From contig NZ_CABUOL010000012.1 in NCBI RefSeq assembly GCF_902493215.1, positions 5,527 through 69,526 of the forward strand: a stretch of DNA of 64,000 bases, given 5' to 3'. The position numbers and the translations under genes are program-made. A model generated the notes under the pieces. That model worked only from the letters and a program-made list of their open reading frames with translations, did no database searches and was not told where the DNA came from. Numbering within the stretch: the first letter of the stretch is position 1; the number at the start of each line of letters is the position of its first letter. The DNA comes from an uncultured Mediterranea sp. (GTDB lineage Bacteria; Bacteroidota; Bacteroidia; Bacteroidales; Bacteroidaceae). This document shows positions 1 through 10,142 of the stretch, piece after piece.

Positions 1-1775
1 ATGGTGTTCAGGGCCTGCACGCCGCACCAGTCGAACTCCACGCTGGAGCCGATGCGGTAGGCGCCCGAACCGAGGACGACGATGCTGCGATGGTCGCCCA
101 GGTAGCGGACGTCGTTGGCCGTGCCGCTGTACGTCAGGTACAGGTAGTTGGTCTGCGCCGGATATTCGGCGGCCAGCGTGTCTATCTGCTTCACCACGGG
201 CACGATGCCGCGCTCCTTGCGGTGGCGGCGCAGGGTGACGATGGCGTCTTCCATCTCGCCCTCCATGCCGATGGCGCGGGCCACCTGGAAGTCGGAGAAG
301 CCCTGACGCTTGGCCTTGCGCAGCAGGTCGTCCGGCAGGTCGGCGAGCAGCTTGTGGTTGCCCGCCCACTCGTGCAGCTCCTTGGAGGTGCGCATGATGT
401 TCATCAGCTTCTCCAGGAACCAGCGGTCAATCTTGGTCAGCTCGTGCACCTGATCCACGGTGTAGCCGGCGCGGAAGGCTTTCGAGATGACGAAGATGCG
501 CTTGTCCGTCGGCTCGCGCAGGGCCTTGTCGATGTCGGGGATGACCAGCTCCTTGTTCTCCACGAAGCCGTGCATGCCCTGGCCAATCATGCGCAGGCCC
601 TTCTGGATGGCTTCCTCGAAGGTGCGGCCGATGGCCATGACCTCGCCAACGGACTTCATCGAGGAGCCCAGCTCCTTGTCCACGCCGTGGAACTTGCCGA
701 GGTCCCAGCGCGGTATCTTGCACACCACGTAGTCCAGCGCGGGCTCGAAGAAGGCCGAGGTGGTGCGGGTGACGGAATTCTTCAGGTCGAACAGGCCGTA
801 GCCCAGGCCCAGCTTGGCGGCCACGAAGGCCAGCGGATAGCCCGTGGCCTTGGATGCCAGTGCCGACGAGCGGCTGAGGCGGGCGTTGACCTCGATGACG
901 CGGTAGTCTTCGGACTGGGGGTCGTAGGCATACTGCACGTTGCACTCGCCCACGATGCCGATGTGGCGGATGATGCGGATGGCCAGCTCGCGCAGCTTAT
1001 GGTAGTCGGTGTTCGACAGTGTCTGGCTGGGGGCGATGACGATGGACTCGCCCGTGTGGATGCCCAGCGGGTCGAAGTTCTCCATGTTGCAGACGGTGAT
1101 GCAGTTGTCGAAGCGGTCGCGCACCACCTCGTACTCCACTTCCTTCCAGCCGCGGAGGCTCTTCTCGACGAGCACCTGGGGCGAGAAGGAGAAGGCCTTC
1201 TCTACCAGCACGTTCAGCTCCTCCTCGTTATCGCAGAAGCCCGAGCCCAGTCCGCCCAGCGCATAGGCAGCGCGGACGATGACGGGATAGCCCAGCGCGG
1301 CGGCGGCGCGGCGGGCGTCTTCGGCGTTCTCCACGGCCTCGCTCTTGATGGTCTTCACGCCGATTTCATTCAGCTTCCCGACGAACAGCTCGCGGTCTTC
1401 CGTGTCGATGATGGCCTGCACGGGGGTGCCCAGCACCTGGACGCCGTACCGCTCGAGCACGCCTTCCTTGTAGAGGGCCACGCCGCAATTCAGCGCCGTC
1501 TGCCCGCCGAAGGCCAGCATGATGCCGTCCGGCCGCTCCTTCTCGATGACCTTCTCGACGAAGTAGGGGGTGACGGGCAGGAAGTAAATCTGGTCGGCCA
1601 CGCCCTCCGAGGTCTGCACGGTGGCGATGTTGGGGTTGATGAGGACGGTCTGGATGCCCTCTTCCTTGAGGGCCTTGAGTGCCTGCGAACCGGAGTAGTC
1701 GAACTCGCCGGCCTCGCCTATCTTCAGCGCGCCGCTTCCGAGCAGCAGGACTTTGCGTATGTTACTTTCTTTCAT
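1..1775 (-). CDS. carB: Carbamoyl-phosphate synthase large subunit (3' end runs off window)
   Basis: Manual translation from ATG at 1775: [40 protein letters not shown]..., the canonical CarB N-terminus; adjacent to carA. Missing from the ORF track because it has no stop in the window. Confidence 0.97.
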   Translation of the reverse strand, partial: MKESNIRKVLLLGSGALKIGEAGEFDYSGSQALKALKEEGIQTVLINPNIATVQTSEGVADQIYFLPVTPYFVEKVIEKERPDGIMLAFGGQTALNCGVALYKEGVLERYGVQVLGTPVQAIIDTEDRELFVGKLNEIGVKTIKSEAVENAEDARRAAAALGYPVIVRAAYALGGLGSGFCDNEEELNVLVEKAFSFSPQVLVEKSLRGWKEVEYEVVRDRFDNCITVCNMENFDPLGIHTGESIVIAPSQTLSNTDYHKLRELAIRIIRHIGIVGECNVQYAYDPQSEDYRVIEVNARLSRSSALASKATGYPLAFVAAKLGLGYGLFDLKNSVTRTTSAFFEPALDYVVCKIPRWDLGKFHGVDKELGSSMKSVGEVMAIGRTFEEAIQKGLRMIGQGMHGFVENKELVIPDIDKALREPTDKRIFVISKAFRAGYTVDQVHELTKIDRWFLEKLMNIMRTSKELHEWAGNHKLLADLPDDLLRKAKRQGFSDFQVARAIGMEGEMEDAIVTLRRHRKERGIVPVVKQIDTLAAEYPAQTNYLYLTYSGTANDVRYLGDHRSIVVLGSGAYRIGSSVEFDWCGVQALNT

Positions 1776-1832
1776 TGTCTTCTATTTTTTAAGATTCGAT
1801 ATGCCGGTACACGGGCGGCCGGCTTCCGCCTT

Positions 1833-1940
1833 GCGGGAGGTGGCCTCCCGATTTGCAAAAGGTAACCTTTTGAAGTGCAAAAGGTGGCCTTTTGGAGTAC
1901 AAAAGGTGGCCTTTCGGAATGCAAAAGGTGGCCTTTTGCG
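1833..1940. repeat. Five tandem 22-bp palindromic units (gcaaaaggtggccttttg core)
   Basis: Units start at 1833, 1855, 1877, 1899, 1921; each has a CAAAAGG-nnn-CCTTTTG type dyad. Confidence 0.9.
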
Positions 1941-1961
1941 CGGAGCGGGTCCAGCTCCCCG

Positions 1962-3110
1962 TCAGAGCAGGCGGACGAACTCGTCGAAGAGGAACTCCGT
2001 GTCCGTGGGTCCCGAAGCAGCTTCGGGGTGGAACTGGGCGGAGAACCAGGGGTTACGCTTGTGGCGGATGCCCTCGTTGGAGCCGTCGTTCATGTTGACG
2101 AACAGCGGTTCCCAGTCGGCGCCCAGCGTGTTGTTGTCCACCGCGTAGCCATGGTTCTGGCTGGTGATGAAGCAGCGGTCCGTGCCCACCATGCGCACGG
2201 GCTGGTTGTGGCTGCGGTGTCCGTACTTCAGCTTGTATATCCGCGCGCCTCCGGCCTTGGAGAGGAGCTGGTTGCCCATGCAGATGCCGAAGATGGGGAG
2301 CTTTTCATTGGCCATAGCTTTACGGATGTTCTGCACGGCGGCGTCGCACGTGTCGGGGTCGCCCGGCCCGTTGGAGATAAAGAGGCCGTCGAACTGCAGC
2401 CCGTTGAAGTCGTAGTCCCAGGGCACGCGGATGACCTCTACGCCGCGGCGCAGGAGGCAGCGCAGGATGTTGGTCTTGACGCCGCAATCCACGAGGACGA
2501 CCTTCTTGAGTGGAGAGTTGAGAGTGGAGAGTTGAGAGTTGAGTTCTTCCTTCGGGGTGGAGACGGGGAAGGTCTTGCTCTCCCCTGCGGCGTAGACGAT
2601 GATGTCCTTGCAGGAGACGCGGTCCACGTAGTTCACCTCTCCGTAATTATCCATTTTCCATTCTCCATTATCCATTGCGTCGTCGAAGACGATGCGCCCC
2701 ATCATGACGCCATGCTCGCGCAGCACCTTGGTCAGCTCGCGGGTGTCGATGCCCGTGATGCCGGGCACGTGTTCGCGCTTCAGCCAGTCGGCCAGGCTCT
2801 CCACGGCGTTCCAGTGGCTGTAGTTCTCGGAGTAGTCGCTCACGATGATGGCCTCGGCGTGGATGCGCCCGCTCTCCATGAAGGTGGGCAGTCCGTTGCC
2901 TTCGATGCTGAAGGGCGGCACGCCGTAGTTGCCCACCAGCGGGTAGGTCAGGGTCATCAACTGGCCGGCATACGAGGGGTCCGTCAGGCTCTCGGGATAT
3001 CCCGTCATGGCCGTATTGAACACCACCTCGCCTGCTACCGGCTTTTCATAACCGAACGACTGGCCGCTGAAGCGGGTGCCGTCGTCGAGGATAAGGGTTA
3101 CGTTTCTCAT
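1962..3110 (-). CDS. carA: Carbamoyl-phosphate synthase small subunit
   Basis: GEVVFNTAMTGYPESLTDPSY, SNGPGDP, FGICMGNQ, QFHPEA motifs; start taken at MRNVTLILDD (3110). Confidence 0.97.
   Translation of the reverse strand: MRNVTLILDDGTRFSGQSFGYEKPVAGEVVFNTAMTGYPESLTDPSYAGQLMTLTYPLVGNYGVPPFSIEGNGLPTFMESGRIHAEAIIVSDYSENYSHWNAVESLADWLKREHVPGITGIDTRELTKVLREHGVMMGRIVFDDAMDNGEWKMDNYGEVNYVDRVSCKDIIVYAAGESKTFPVSTPKEELNSQLSTLNSPLKKVVLVDCGVKTNILRCLLRRGVEVIRVPWDYDFNGLQFDGLFISNGPGDPDTCDAAVQNIRKAMANEKLPIFGICMGNQLLSKAGGARIYKLKYGHRSHNQPVRMVGTDRCFITSQNHGYAVDNNTLGADWEPLFVNMNDGSNEGIRHKRNPWFSAQFHPEAASGPTDTEFLFDEFVRLL
2508..2676. repeat. Two heptamer tandem repeat tracts inside carA
   Basis: GAGT(G/T)GA x5 at 2508-2542 and (A/C)ATT(A/T/C)TC x4 at 2645-2672, both translated in frame. 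Confidence 0.8.
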
Positions 3111-3146
3111 ATCTGTCTGTTGTCTATACTTGAATTCCTTACTTAC

Positions 3147-3171
3147 AATTATCAATTATCAATTATCCATT
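3147..3171. repeat. AATTATC heptamer x3 at the purF stop
   Basis: aattatc aattatc aattatc catt read directly. Confidence 0.8.
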
Positions 3172-5053
3172 AGAACTGATAGATCTGCTCGATGTAGTCG
3201 ATGAAGGCCTTGTTGAGCAGCTTCACGCCGCCGGGCGTGGGATAGTTGCCGCTGAAGTACCAGTCGCCCGGATGGTTGGGGCAGGCCTCGTGCAGCCCTT
3301 CGAGGGGCTGGTAGACAATCTGCACCTTGGCACGGACGCTCTCGGGCTTGAGCAGCTCCACCATCTTGGCCGCTATCTCGTCGTCGGTAAAGGGGGCGTA
3401 GATGTCCTTCACGTAGTTCACCATCTGTTCCTTGGGCAGGTCGGCCTGCGCCTTGGCCTTGCGGTAGGCGGCGGCGATGACGTCCTTCATGTCGCGGTCG
3501 CGCAGCAGCTCGATGGCGGCACGGAAGGCGATGAACTCGCTCATGCGCGACATGTCGATGCCGTAGTAGTCGGGGTAGCGCACCTGCGGCGACGAGCTGA
3601 CGATGACAATCTTCTTCGGGTTCAGGCGGTCCAGGATGCCGATGATGCTCTGCCGCAGCGTGGTGCCTCGCACGATGGAGTCGTCGATGATGACGAGGTT
3701 GTCCACGCCCGCCTCCAGGCTGCCGTAGGTGATGTCGTAGACGTGTGCGGCCAGGTCGTTGCGCGTGTTGCCCTCGGCAATGAACGTGCGCAGCTTGATG
3801 TCCTTGATGGCCACCTTCTCGCTGCGGATGCGGCGCGAGAGGATACGCTCCAGCTCGTCGTGGCTGGGGTTGTGGCCCAGGGCGGCTATCTGTTTCACCT
3901 TCTCCTCGTTCAGGTACTCGTCCAGCCCCTGAAGCATACCGTAGAAGGCCACTTCGGCCGTGTTGGGGATAAAGGAGAAGACGGTGTGGTCGATGTCGTA
4001 GTTGACGGCCTTCAGGATGCTGGGCACCAGTTTCTCGCCCAGCAGCTTGCGTTCGCGGTAGATGTCCATGTCGCTGCCGCGGCTGAAGTAGATGCGTTCG
4101 AAGGAACAGGGACGCAGCTCGCGCGGCTTGTTGATCTGCACCGTGCGCAGGCGTCCCGCCTTGCTGATGAAGACGGCCTGTCCCGGCTGCAGTTCGCGGA
4201 TGCCGGCGGCAGGCACGTTGAGCACGGTCTGTATCACGGGACGCTCGCTGGCCAGCACAGCTATCTCGTCGTCCTGATACCAGAAGGCGGTGCGGATGCC
4301 CCACGGGTCGCGCACGGCGAAGCTCTCGCCGCTGCCCGTCAGGCCGCACATCACGTAGCCTCCGTCCCACTCCCGGCTCGACGTGCGCAGCACGTTGGCC
4401 AGGTCTATATGTTCTTCTATATAATGGGTGATGTCCATGCCCGTCAGTCCTTCGGCCTCGGCCAGGTTGAAGAGGCGTTCCACCTCGCGGTCCAGGCGGT
4501 GGCCCACCTGCTCGAGCATGATATAGGTATCGGCATACTTGCGGGGATGCTGCCCCATGGCGGTGATGCGGGCAAAGATTTCGTCCACGTTGGTCAGATT
4601 GAAGTTGCCGCAGAGAGCCAGGTTCTTGGCCCGCCAGTTGTTGCGGCGCAGGAAGGGGTGCACATACGTCAGGCCGGACTTGCCGGTAGTGGAGTAGCGC
4701 AGGTGGCCCATATAAACCTCACCGGCAAAGGGAAGGCATTTCTCGGCATAGCCGGCATCGGCCAGCTGCTCGGGCGTCAGGTCCTTGAAGTGGCTCTGCA
4801 CGGTGGAAAAGATCTCGGTGATGGCTCCCGAACCCAAGGCACGCTCGCGGAACATGTATTCCTCGCCGGGATTGGCGGCCAGCTTGACACAGGCCAGTCC
4901 GGCTCCCTCCTGTCCGCGGTTGTGCTGCTTCTCCATCAACAAATAGAGCTTGTTGAGCCCGTACATCCACGTGCCATACTTCTTTTGATAATAGTCGAGC
5001 GGCTTGAGAAGGCGTATCATCGCCACGCCGCATTCATGTTTTAGTGGTTCCAT
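3170..5053 (-). CDS. purF: Amidophosphoribosyltransferase (Bacteroidetes long form)
   Basis: KHECG N-terminal nucleophile, GHLRYST, CSFERIYFSR, VIIDDSIVRGTT PRPP motif; start at MEPLKHEC supported by a minus-strand -7 box at 5098-5105. Confidence 0.93.
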   Translation of the reverse strand: MEPLKHECGVAMIRLLKPLDYYQKKYGTWMYGLNKLYLLMEKQHNRGQEGAGLACVKLAANPGEEYMFRERALGSGAITEIFSTVQSHFKDLTPEQLADAGYAEKCLPFAGEVYMGHLRYSTTGKSGLTYVHPFLRRNNWRAKNLALCGNFNLTNVDEIFARITAMGQHPRKYADTYIMLEQVGHRLDREVERLFNLAEAEGLTGMDITHYIEEHIDLANVLRTSSREWDGGYVMCGLTGSGESFAVRDPWGIRTAFWYQDDEIAVLASERPVIQTVLNVPAAGIRELQPGQAVFISKAGRLRTVQINKPRELRPCSFERIYFSRGSDMDIYRERKLLGEKLVPSILKAVNYDIDHTVFSFIPNTAEVAFYGMLQGLDEYLNEEKVKQIAALGHNPSHDELERILSRRIRSEKVAIKDIKLRTFIAEGNTRNDLAAHVYDITYGSLEAGVDNLVIIDDSIVRGTTLRQSIIGILDRLNPKKIVIVSSSPQVRYPDYYGIDMSRMSEFIAFRAAIELLRDRDMKDVIAAAYRKAKAQADLPKEQMVNYVKDIYAPFTDDEIAAKMVELLKPESVRAKVQIVYQPLEGLHEACPNHPGDWYFSGNYPTPGGVKLLNKAFIDYIEQIYQF

Positions 5054-5097
5054 ATCGCTATCTGGATTGTTCTGTTGTCTTTTCCTGAATTCGGTTG

Positions 5098-5105
5098 CAA
5101 AGATA
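5098..5105 (-). promoter_or_regulatory. Bacteroidetes -7 promoter element for purF-carA-carB
   Basis: Reverse complement TATCTTTG matches TAnnTTTG. Confidence 0.6.
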
Positions 5106-5371
5106 ACGCTATTTTCAGACATATTGTCACGCTTTAATTGATTAATTCATCATATTTACACAAAACAGGCGGATATTCTATCAATATTGATCCCATTTAT
5201 TATTCTTGCAGCCACTACAAACTTTCAATTTATAACATTTATCAATAAATATATTACAAATAAAAACAATACAGCATATATTCAGTTTCAATATAAAACA
5301 AGACGGCATCCGGCAGAATATTTGTCGGAACAAAGAGCGGAAACAGAAACGCAAATAGAAAGAATAATGCC

Positions 5372-5379
5372 TATATTTG
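5372..5379 (+). promoter_or_regulatory. -7 promoter element for gltB
   Basis: TATATTTG about 50 nt upstream of the ATG. Confidence 0.6.
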
Positions 5380-5430
5380 CAATCAAATAGACACAATTAA
5401 CAAGATTATAACATAAATACGAAAGATATA

Positions 5431-8400
5431 ATGACAAATCAAGAGCATTTAAACAAATCACCCAAGAACATTCTGAAAGGAACCGATTACCGACAGCACG
5501 GATTGTACGCACCAGCCTACGAACACGATGCCTGCGGTGTGGGAATGATTGTCAACCTGAACGGCAGCAAATCGCACGAACTGGTGGATTCTGCCCTGCG
5601 GGTGCTGGAAAACATGAAGCACCGCGGAGCGGAAGGAGCCGACAACAAGACCGGCGACGGCGCCGGCATCATGGTACAGATACCCCACGAATTCATCCTG
5701 CTGCAAGGCATCCCGGTACCCGAGAAAGGCAAGTATGGTACCGGCCTCATCTTCCTGCCCAAAGATCCGAAAGAACAGGAACACATCCTGAGCATCGTCA
5801 TCGAGGAGATAGAACGTGAAGGGCTCACCTTGATGCACCTGCGCGCCGTGCCGGTAAATCCGGATGTCCTGGGACAGAGCGCACGCGAGACGGAACCGGA
5901 TATCAAGCAGGTGTTCATCACCGGAACCACCCAACCGGAAAATCTGGAACGTACGCTCTACATCATCCGCAAGAAGATAGAGCGGCGCATTCACCACAAG
6001 GATTTCTACATCGTGTCCCTGTCCAGCCGCACCATTATATATAAAGGTATGCTGTCGTCCACCCAGGTGAGGACATACTTCAGCGACCTGACACAGCCCT
6101 ACTTCACCAGCGGACTGGCTATCGTCCACTCGCGCTTCAGCACCAACACCTTCCCCACATGGAGCCTGGCCCAGCCCTTCCGCCTGCTGGCCCACAACGG
6201 CGAAATCAATACCATCCGAGGCAACCGCGGATGGATGGAAGCCCGCGAAAGCGTACTTTCTACCCCTACACTGGGTAATGTGAAAGATATCCGTCCCATT
6301 GTCCAACCGGACATGAGCGACTCGGCCTCGCTGGACAACGTACTGGAATTCTTCGTCATGTCCGGCCTGAGCCTGCCGCACGCCATGGCGATGTTGGTGC
6401 CCGAGTCGTTCAACGACAAGAATCCCATCAGTGAAGACCTGAAGGCCTTCTACGAATACCATTCCATCCTGATGGAGCCCTGGGACGGCCCGGCCGCCCT
6501 GCTCTTCAGTGACGGGCGCTATGCAGGCGGTATGCTGGACCGCAATGGTCTGCGCCCCGCCCGCTACCTCATCACGCACGACGGCATGATGGTAGTGGCC
6601 AGCGAAGCAGGTGTCATCAGCTTCGAAGCCGAAAAAATCAAGGAAAAAGGACGGCTGCAACCGGGCAAAATTCTGATGGTGGACACCGAGGAGGGACGCA
6701 TCTATTACGACGGCGAGCTGAAGGAACAATTGGCAGCCGCCAAGCCCTATCGTCAATGGCTTTCGGCCAACCGTATCGAACTGGATGCCCTGAAGAGCGG
6801 ACGCAAGGTAGCCAATACCGTGGACGACTACAACCGGCGTCTGCGCGCTTTCGGCTATACTTGCGAAGACGTGGAGCGCATCCTCGTGCCCATGTGCAGC
6901 AACGGCGTGGAGCCTACGGCCTCCATGGGTAACGACACGCCTTTGGCTGTGTTGAGCGACCAGCCACAACTGCTGTTCAACTACTTCCGCCAGCAGTTTG
7001 CCCAAGTGACAAACCCTCCCATCGACCCCATCCGCGAGGAACTGGTGATGTCGCTCACGGAGTACATCGGTGCCGTAGGCATGAACATCCTGCTGCCCAG
7101 CGAGACGCACTGCAAGATGGTGCGTCTGCCCCATCCCATCCTGAACAATACGCAGCTGGACATCCTCTGCAACATCCGCTACAAAGGCTTCAACACCGTG
7201 AAGCTGCCCATGCTTTTTGAAGCTGCACGAGGCAAAGCAGGCCTCCAAGAAGCAATTGACCGCTTGTGTAAGAGTGCCGAACAGGCCGTGACGGACGGTG
7301 CCAACTACATCATTCTGTCTGACCGCGGCATCGACACCCGGCAGGCAGCCATCCCCTCGCTACTGGCCATCAGCGCCGTACACCATCACCTCATCAGCGT
7401 GCAGAAGCGTGTACAGACAGCTCTTATCGTGGAGAGCGGCGAGATACGCGAAGTGATGCACGCCGCCCTGCTGCTGGGCTACGGTGCCAGCGCCATCTGC
7501 CCCTACATGGCTTATGCCGTGCTGGACGACCTGGTGAAGAAGGGCGAGGTACAGATGAACTACGAGACAGCGGAGAAGAACTACATCAAGGCCATCTGCA
7601 AAGGACTTTACAAAATCATGAGCAAGATGGGTATCAGCACCATCCGCTCCTACCGCGGTGCCAAGATATTCGAGGCGGTGGGTCTGAGCGAGGAACTGCT
7701 CAAAGGCTACTTCGGAACCTCCACCTCCACCATCGGCGGCATCCGTCTGGAAGAGATTGCCAAAGACTACATCACCTTCCACAACAACGGCTTCACACCC
7801 GCAACGACAGATCCGCTCCTGCCTTATATCGGACAAATGTCCTATCGCAAAGACGGAGAACACCACGCCTGGAATCCGGAAACTATCAGCGCCCTGCAAT
7901 TGGCCACCCGCACAGGCAGCTACAAGAAGTTCAAGGAATTTACCCGTGCTGTAGACGAAAAGCAGAGTCCCATCTTCCTGCGCGATTTCTTCGGCTTCCG
8001 CCGCAACCCGATTGACGTCGAACAGGTGGAGCCGGTGGAAAGCATCGTGAAACATTTCGTTACGGGCGCCATCTCGTTCGGTGCCATCAGCAAAGAGGCA
8101 CACGAAGCACTGGCACTGGCCATGAACGAACTGGGCGCACGCAGCAACACGGGCGAAGGTGGCGAGGACAGCACGCGTTTCCACGACACGATGGACGGCA
8201 TCAGCCTCTCCAGCAAGACGAAGCAGGTGGCATCGGGACGTTTCGGCGTGACGGCAGAGTATCTGGTAAACGCTGAGGAAATACAGATCAAGGTGGCCCA
8301 GGGTGCCAAGCCGGGTGAAGGCGGACAGCTGCCGGGCTTCAAGGTAGACAAGGTCATTGCCCGCACACGCCACTCCATTCCGGGTATATCGCTTATCTCA

Positions 8401-9957
8401 CCCCCACCTCATCACGATATCTATTCCATCGAAGACTTGGCACAGCTCATCTTCGATCTGAAGAACGTGAACCCGCGCGCTGCCATCAGTGTGAAACTGG
8501 TAGCCGAAAGTGGTGTAGGTACCATCGCCGCCGGTGTGGCCAAGGCGAAGGCCGACCTCATCGTCATCTCGGGTGCCGAGGGAGGTACGGGTGCATCACC
8601 GGCCTCGTCCATACGCTATGCGGGAATCTCACCGGAAATAGGTCTGAGCGAAACACAGCAGACACTGGTACTGAACGGCCTGCGCGGACAGGTACGCCTG
8701 CAGACCGACGGCCAGTTGAAGACCGGCCGCGACATCATCAGCATGGCCCTGCTGGGTGCCGAGGAATTTGCTTTCGGCACCACAGCCCTCATCGTACTGG
8801 GCTGCGTAATGATGCGCAAATGTCATTCAAACACCTGCCCTGTGGGTGTGGCAACCCAAGACCCCAAGCTGCGGGCCCACTTCCGCGGACACTACAAATA
8901 CGTTGTAAATTACTTCCGCTTCCTGGCACAGGAAGTACGCGAGTATCTGGCTGATATGGGCTTCACCCGTCTGGAGGATATCGTGGGCCGTACCGACCTC
9001 ATCGAACTGCATCCCGCTGCCAAAGGCACGAAAGCCAGCCTGCTGGATTTCAGCCGCATGCTATGCCATGTAGGTAGCAACGCCGCCCTGCACCATTGTA
9101 CCGAACAGCAGCACGACATCGCCCACGTGAAGGACGTGGAGATACTGGTAGCTGCCGCGCCCGCCCTGGAAAGCCGCCGCGAAGTGTCGCTGGAATATGC
9201 CATCGGTAATACCGACCGCGCTGTAGGTGCCATGTTATCAGGAGCCGTAGCCACCCGGTATGGTAACGATGGCCTGCCCGACGGTACCATCAGCGTGAAG
9301 TTCAAGGGGTCGGCCGGACAGAGCTTTGGCGCCTTCCTGGCCCACGGAATCAGTTTCAAGCTGGAAGGTGAAGCCAACGACTATCTGGGCAAGGGCCTGA
9401 GCGGAGGACACATCGCTGTGTTACCACCCGTACGCAGTAACTTTGCCGCCGAACAGAATACCATCGCAGGCAATACTCTGCTCTATGGAGCCACCAGCGG
9501 TGAAGTCTATATCAACGGACGGGCAGGTGAACGCTTTGCCGTGCGTAACTCGGGAGCCATTGCTGTCGTCGAGGGTGTGGGCGACCACTGCTGCGAGTAC
9601 ATGACTGGAGGCCGCGTCGTGGTGCTTGGACAAACGGGACGCAACTTTGCCGCAGGTATGAGCGGCGGTGTGGCCTACGTATGGGACCCGAAAGGAACCT
9701 TCGACTACTTCTGCAATATGGATATGGTGGAACTATCGTTGCTCGAAGATTCCACTGCCCGTAAGGAATTGCACGAACTTATCCGCCAGCACTATCTCTA
9801 CACCGGCTCGGCCTTGGCCCGCACCATGCTAGACAACTGGCCGCGCTACGTAGAAGAATTCATCCAGGTAACACCTATTGAATACAAGAAGGTATTGGCC
9901 GAGGAACAGATGCGCAAGCTGCAACAGAAGATTGCAGAGGTACAGAGAGATTATTAA
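5431..9957 (+). CDS. gltB: Glutamate synthase large subunit
   Basis: EHDACGVG, HNGEINT, EPWDGPA, QGAKPGEGGQLPG, GXGXG C-terminal domain; 1508 aa. Confidence 0.98.
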   Translation: MTNQEHLNKSPKNILKGTDYRQHGLYAPAYEHDACGVGMIVNLNGSKSHELVDSALRVLENMKHRGAEGADNKTGDGAGIMVQIPHEFILLQGIPVPEKGKYGTGLIFLPKDPKEQEHILSIVIEEIEREGLTLMHLRAVPVNPDVLGQSARETEPDIKQVFITGTTQPENLERTLYIIRKKIERRIHHKDFYIVSLSSRTIIYKGMLSSTQVRTYFSDLTQPYFTSGLAIVHSRFSTNTFPTWSLAQPFRLLAHNGEINTIRGNRGWMEARESVLSTPTLGNVKDIRPIVQPDMSDSASLDNVLEFFVMSGLSLPHAMAMLVPESFNDKNPISEDLKAFYEYHSILMEPWDGPAALLFSDGRYAGGMLDRNGLRPARYLITHDGMMVVASEAGVISFEAEKIKEKGRLQPGKILMVDTEEGRIYYDGELKEQLAAAKPYRQWLSANRIELDALKSGRKVANTVDDYNRRLRAFGYTCEDVERILVPMCSNGVEPTASMGNDTPLAVLSDQPQLLFNYFRQQFAQVTNPPIDPIREELVMSLTEYIGAVGMNILLPSETHCKMVRLPHPILNNTQLDILCNIRYKGFNTVKLPMLFEAARGKAGLQEAIDRLCKSAEQAVTDGANYIILSDRGIDTRQAAIPSLLAISAVHHHLISVQKRVQTALIVESGEIREVMHAALLLGYGASAICPYMAYAVLDDLVKKGEVQMNYETAEKNYIKAICKGLYKIMSKMGISTIRSYRGAKIFEAVGLSEELLKGYFGTSTSTIGGIRLEEIAKDYITFHNNGFTPATTDPLLPYIGQMSYRKDGEHHAWNPETISALQLATRTGSYKKFKEFTRAVDEKQSPIFLRDFFGFRRNPIDVEQVEPVESIVKHFVTGAISFGAISKEAHEALALAMNELGARSNTGEGGEDSTRFHDTMDGISLSSKTKQVASGRFGVTAEYLVNAEEIQIKVAQGAKPGEGGQLPGFKVDKVIARTRHSIPGISLISPPPHHDIYSIEDLAQLIFDLKNVNPRAAISVKLVAESGVGTIAAGVAKAKADLIVISGAEGGTGASPASSIRYAGISPEIGLSETQQTLVLNGLRGQVRLQTDGQLKTGRDIISMALLGAEEFAFGTTALIVLGCVMMRKCHSNTCPVGVATQDPKLRAHFRGHYKYVVNYFRFLAQEVREYLADMGFTRLEDIVGRTDLIELHPAAKGTKASLLDFSRMLCHVGSNAALHHCTEQQHDIAHVKDVEILVAAAPALESRREVSLEYAIGNTDRAVGAMLSGAVATRYGNDGLPDGTISVKFKGSAGQSFGAFLAHGISFKLEGEANDYLGKGLSGGHIAVLPPVRSNFAAEQNTIAGNTLLYGATSGEVYINGRAGERFAVRNSGAIAVVEGVGDHCCEYMTGGRVVVLGQTGRNFAAGMSGGVAYVWDPKGTFDYFCNMDMVELSLLEDSTARKELHELIRQHYLYTGSALARTMLDNWPRYVEEFIQVTPIEYKKVLAEEQMRKLQQKIAEVQRDY

Positions 9958-9965
9958 ATAACAAA

Positions 9966-10125
9966 GGAGTTAGAGAAGTTAAAGAAGTTAGAGAAGTTAA
10001 AAGCCAATACTTTTGTCAGTGTTTTTCCCCCTCAACCGCAAAACTATCGGCTTTAACTTCTATAACTTCTAACGAAGTGATAACTCCTCTAACTTCCTCA
10101 ACCACGAATGAAGTGATAACTTCCT
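9966..10125. repeat. Inverted arrays of 9-mer GAAGTTA(A/G)A repeats between gltB and gltD
   Basis: Four 9-mers at 9966-10001 plus agccaata pair with tatcggctttaacttctataacttc at 10045-10069; further TAACT(C/T)C copies up to 10125. Confidence 0.75.
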
Positions 10126-10142
10126 ATTAAAATCATAACAAT

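Noticed and set aside
90..1865. 591-aa plus-strand ORF, and similar long antisense ORFs at 1875-3173, 3272-5044, 5458-7248 and 26061-28193
   Set aside because: Shadow frames opposite well-recognised high-GC genes; no recognisable motifs.
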